Origin: an uncultured Eubacteriales bacterium
GTDB taxonomy: Bacteria; Bacillota; Clostridia; Oscillospirales; Oscillospiraceae
NCBI GenBank assembly: GCA_948439445.1
Contig: CAOJND010000001.1
Span: 1-42,894, forward strand
DNA: 42,894 nt
Direction of reading: 5' to 3'
The position numbers and the translations under genes are program-made. Below, in pieces: positions 39,777 to 42,894 of this stretch; positions within the stretch are counted from its first letter, which is position 1, and each line of letters opens with the position of its first letter. Below the pieces are notes generated by a model, which saw only the letters and a list, made by a program, of their open reading frames with translations, was not told the DNA's origin and did no database searches.

Positions 39777-40002
39777 ATAACGGCGAATGGTGTTTTCCGT
39801 TTGCCTGCCTTTACGCCAATGCTTTCCAATGCTCCTCTTGTCCCGAGATAAATCAAACGATTGCCTCGGGGTATTTAATCTATTTTTGGCTTAAAAGACG
39901 CAGAAATACCGCCAAAAAATGTTCCTGTGGCGGCACAAAATCTCTATTTAAAAAGGAAAAATGATTAAAAATCCCAGAAAAGAAGCTTTTTTATCAAAAA
40001 GA

Positions 40003-40048
40003 AAGAACGCTAATTTTGTAGTAAAATTAGCGTTCTTAATTTGGTGCG
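40003..40048 (-). mobile_element. Candidate distal att site: tRNA 3'-end fragment plus terminator
   Basis: TGGTGCG at 40042-40048 equals 41798-41804; the adjacent perfect 15-bp hairpin has a U-rich tail on the minus strand. Confidence 0.4.
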
Positions 40049-40123
40049 AATGCTCTTACAGCATTTTTTGAAGAAATCCAGTCATATCAACGGTTTGCGG
40101 GCCGTCAGCAAGAGGTTTTGTTC

Positions 40124-40411
40124 TTAAATTGTACGATCAAGAACCGTAACTTGTGTAATCACATCACGCAGACGATCAGAGCCAACCATATATTCAAGAA
40201 CTTCGTCCGGTGTATCGCAGAGCTTTTCTGTTTCCTCCTGATTGGCAACGGAAATGCTGATTTTCCCGCTTCTGCGATGTGTAATACAGTATAGAATCTC
40301 ATTCCAGATGAATTCAACCTCGCCATGCCACCTCATGCATGTTTTGAAGTCGCTAATCGTTGTAAAGTGATTTTGTTCTGGTGAATTTGCAGGAACAATT
40401 GTATTTGCCAT
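40124..40411 (-). CDS. Small immunity-like protein from an internal in-frame start
   Basis: GGAGG RBS upstream of ATG 40411; 95 aa, intact. Confidence 0.55.
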   Translation of the reverse strand: MANTIVPANSPEQNHFTTISDFKTCMRWHGEVEFIWNEILYCITHRRSGKISISVANQEETEKLCDTPDEVLEYMVGSDRLRDVITQVTVLDRTI

Positions 40412-41485
40412 AAGGAAAAGCCCTCCATACTTTTTGAATTCCGGTGCGCCATCCGGATAGTTGATTGGCGACTGCGGATCAGGATATTCCGCAGGATTAT
40501 CCCAATGGATTGGGTGATCGTGTGGATTGGTATGTGCCCATGGCTGCTTATGATCTGTATAGTGTCGTTCTGTTATTGCACGCCCATCCTCACCAATTTT
40601 TGTGTCAACACGATATCCGTTCTGATAGGTTATTTTTATTTCTCCCGGTTTACCTAAAAATCTCTGATCTTGTGGTTTGTTAGGATTTGGCCGCCATTTC
40701 CGCCATAGGCGCTGCCGCCACCCTTATAAGCGCCGCCGATCAAGTATGGCTCTATTATATCACGTTCAGGTCGATACGTCTCACCGATTTTGAAGTCGTC
40801 GAGATTTTCGTTTTGATAAGTTCTCTCATAGCTCATATATTTCCATGAGCTGCGTTCATAGTCCACATGGACAATGTTGCCCTGCATTTCAGGAAATGGT
40901 GTGTTGTAACAAATGATCTTCTCCGGCTCGGATCTGCCGCAGCATCTCGTTGTAGCCAGCCATGAACCACTCTTTCTGGTCGCGGCGGTTATCGTGCTCT
41001 GAGGCCATATAAGTGGAAACGGCCACAACTCTTCCTTTTTCGATCCCCTCAAAGCAGAAATCAAAAGTGGATTCATCACCCCAGTTTACCGCGGGGATAA
41101 CACGGATTCCTTTGGATGCCCAGTAGGCGCCGCACCAGCGGTTACGGAATACATTGTAAAGCTGCATAACCGGGGCCATTTCCAGATACATACTAAAATC
41201 AGGGGAGAGTACCGCACGGTAACGGGAGAGTTTTTCAATATCGCTGTCAGGATTCTTCCATACCCGCTCAAAGCGGTAGTCATATAAGAAGAAATGGACC
41301 ATGCGGTCAAGGTGATTCTGATCCTCCAGATGGGTTTTGTCAAAACCGATCAACAAAAGGTCATCAAAGTCTCCGGGCTTTTCCTGAAATTTGGGAATGA
41401 TGGGGATTTGCAGTTTCCCTTTGCCGGGAAACTGATTTCGGAGCAGGGATTGGCTGGTACGGTAATTGTAATTTTCTTCGGTCAT
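40124..41485 (-). pseudogene. Doubly frameshifted DUF4417-like gene with toxin-like and immunity-like C-terminal modules
   Basis: AGGAGG RBS, ATG 41485; HFFLYDYRFERVW, SPDFSMY, YNVFRNRW; +1 shift near 40930 and -1 shift near 40698; then an open frame to 40124. Confidence 0.75.
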
Positions 41486-41601
41486 ATGGAACCTCCTGTA
41501 TGTAGTAAGGAACAAGTCCTTCTATGATACAGGTTTCCCAGTAATGAAAGTTGCACGTTTCCGTGCAACAAAACCAAAAAATTTCTGAAAATCGGCAATA
41601 T

Positions 41602-41635
41602 AAAAAATCGGCGAATCCTATAAAGACTCACCGAT
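41602..41635 (-). terminator. Terminator downstream of tRNA-Leu(TAG) and its trailing element
   Basis: ATCGGTGAGTC...GATTCGCCGATTTTTT on the minus strand. Confidence 0.65.
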
Positions 41636-41682
41636 GGAAAGAGCGAACACTTTCGAGGAAGTAACGTTTGGGTCTGCGCCCT

Positions 41683-41797
41683 AAACCAAACCGAAGCCCA
41701 GCGCAGCGGGTTCGATTTGGCGAGGAGGAGCAGCGGCGTAAGCGCGCTCTGACTTTTGAAAAAAGTCGGAGCAAGCGATACAAAGCTTGCTCCGACG
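41683..41797 (-). repeat. tRNA-3'-abutting structured repeat, copy 2
   Basis: Colinear with 11000-11114; begins immediately after the tRNA CCA. Confidence 0.9.
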
Positions 41798-41882
41798 TGG
41801 TGCGGGCAACAGGACTCGAACCTGCACGTCTGATGACAGTGGAACCTAAATCCACCGAGTCTACCAATTCCACCATGCCCGC
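41798..41882 (-). tRNA. tRNA-Leu (anticodon TAG)
   Basis: GCGGGCA/TGCCCGC acceptor stem, GTGGA-TTTAGGT-TCCAC anticodon arm, long variable arm, GGTTCGAGTCC, encoded CCA. Confidence 0.97.
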
Positions 41883-41923
41883 AGGGAAACTAGGCAATGG
41901 AATGCAATCCACTGACTTTTTGC

Positions 41924-41953
41924 ATTGTAGCACGCCAACCTATCTTTTGTCAA
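41924..41953 (-). promoter_or_regulatory. Promoter of tRNA-Leu(TAG)
   Basis: TTGACA-18 nt-TACAAT with an extended -10 TG. Confidence 0.6.
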
Positions 41954-41977
41954 GCATTCCTTTTTCTACAAGCAAAT

Positions 41978-42894
41978 CTATTCCATTGAAGAACCGGTTT
42001 CTTCGGAGAGATACTGCTCCCAAAGTAGCGATGTTTGGGAGTCCACTTGGAAGGTATCTCGAATGGCTTTGCAAAGAACGGACAGCTTCTTTTGCAGATA
42101 AGGCGCCTGAAACATCGCCTGTCTATCCGGCTGAACCGCGTATTCTAAAATTCTTGCCCGATCCTCTTTTGGGAAGGTCATAGAATAATCATCCACAAAA
42201 GCTTGTTCAACACCATCCAGATATTCTCCCCGGTATTCCTGCTGATAACGAATATAGTCGTAGTCGTAAGTAAATCCTTCCGGATTCAAAGACGCCCAGT
42301 TGTCCAAATAATCTGTATGGGCAAATATATAGTTGTCCAGTAGGTGCTCCAATTCATGGTAGAGCGTATTCGTCAGGGCATCCTCCATGGCCAATACAAT
42401 GCAGGGGCAATCCTCTTGCCAGTATTGCAGACCACCGGCGGCAGTAAGCACGCTGTCCTGTGTTCCCCGAATCTCCTGCACCAGGGCAATCATCAGGGGC
42501 TTCTGGCAATCCGCCGCCTGACGGAGCATGCCATCCGGGAACTGGGATAGCACCTCTTCCAGTTGTTTCAGCGCTCGTCGGTATAGACCCACAGAATAAG
42601 CCCGGACCAAAGCATAATCCTCTGGCTCCAACGCTTCAATCTGATCCCATACCAAGATCTCTACGCCAAAACGCTGGCCAAACTGTTTCGCCTGTTGGGA
42701 AATCTGGGCCAGACCATCCAAATCCGGATCCTCGTCGGTAAAGCGGCGGTTTGTGTATACCGCCGGATCCTCTGGATCCGAAGCTTTCAAATTCCACTGG
42801 TAAAGCGTGCCCCCATTTAAATCTAAAAACCAAATATCCTCCCCTTGCGCCTGATAACTGGCAGGCGTTATATCCTGGGGAAGCTGCACGCTGG
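41978..42894 (-). CDS. Partial protein (5' end outside the window) with a putative zinc-metallopeptidase domain
   Basis: HELEH (HExxH) followed by FVDDYSMTFPKEDRA. Confidence 0.7.
   Translation of the reverse strand, partial: SVQLPQDITPASYQAQGEDIWFLDLNGGTLYQWNLKASDPEDPAVYTNRRFTDEDPDLDGLAQISQQAKQFGQRFGVEILVWDQIEALEPEDYALVRAYSVGLYRRALKQLEEVLSQFPDGMLRQAADCQKPLMIALVQEIRGTQDSVLTAAGGLQYWQEDCPCIVLAMEDALTNTLYHELEHLLDNYIFAHTDYLDNWASLNPEGFTYDYDYIRYQQEYRGEYLDGVEQAFVDDYSMTFPKEDRARILEYAVQPDRQAMFQAPYLQKKLSVLCKAIRDTFQVDSQTSLLWEQYLSEETGSSME

Noticed and set aside
41628-42183. ORFs over tRNA-Leu(TAG) and the repeat, similar to 10909-11215
   Set aside because: The peptide similarity comes from the non-coding repeat; the ORFs overlap tRNA genes.
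1-42894. CRISPR array, cas, integrase, transposase, reverse transcriptase, rRNA
   Set aside because: I saw no spaced repeat array and none of the characteristic motifs.

Overview
A 42.9 kb chromosomal window from a moderately high-GC clostridial Firmicute; an Oscillospiraceae-like gut bacterium is my inference from gene style. Left to right: a truncated secreted S8 (PrtP/C5a-peptidase-like) protease with a long structured leader; YitT; an AraC/MFS pair; a decayed BRO-N gene; a THF-riboswitch-controlled folE-HD-folP-folBK operon; tRNA-Leu(TAA); alr plus a phosphodiester glycosidase; PAP2; a degenerate MglB-like lipoprotein; a xylose-isomerase-like/PfkB/class II aldolase operon divergent from a secreted multidomain GH67; apt-like PRT, cation antiporter, Na/Pi cotransporter, ychF, malic enzyme, murC, ddl and DUF1934; a regulator-less vanG-like D-Ala-D-Ser cassette; a decayed island carrying a frameshifted DUF4417-toxin-immunity-like gene; tRNA-Leu(TAG); and a partial HExxH protein. 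Most notable: (1) a 115-nt covarying structured element starting exactly after the CCA of two different tRNA-Leu genes; (2) the atypical van cassette; (3) the single-frame DUF4417/toxin/immunity-like gene; (4) a possible ketose-1-phosphate route for xylose. All calls come from reading motifs by eye; no searches were run.
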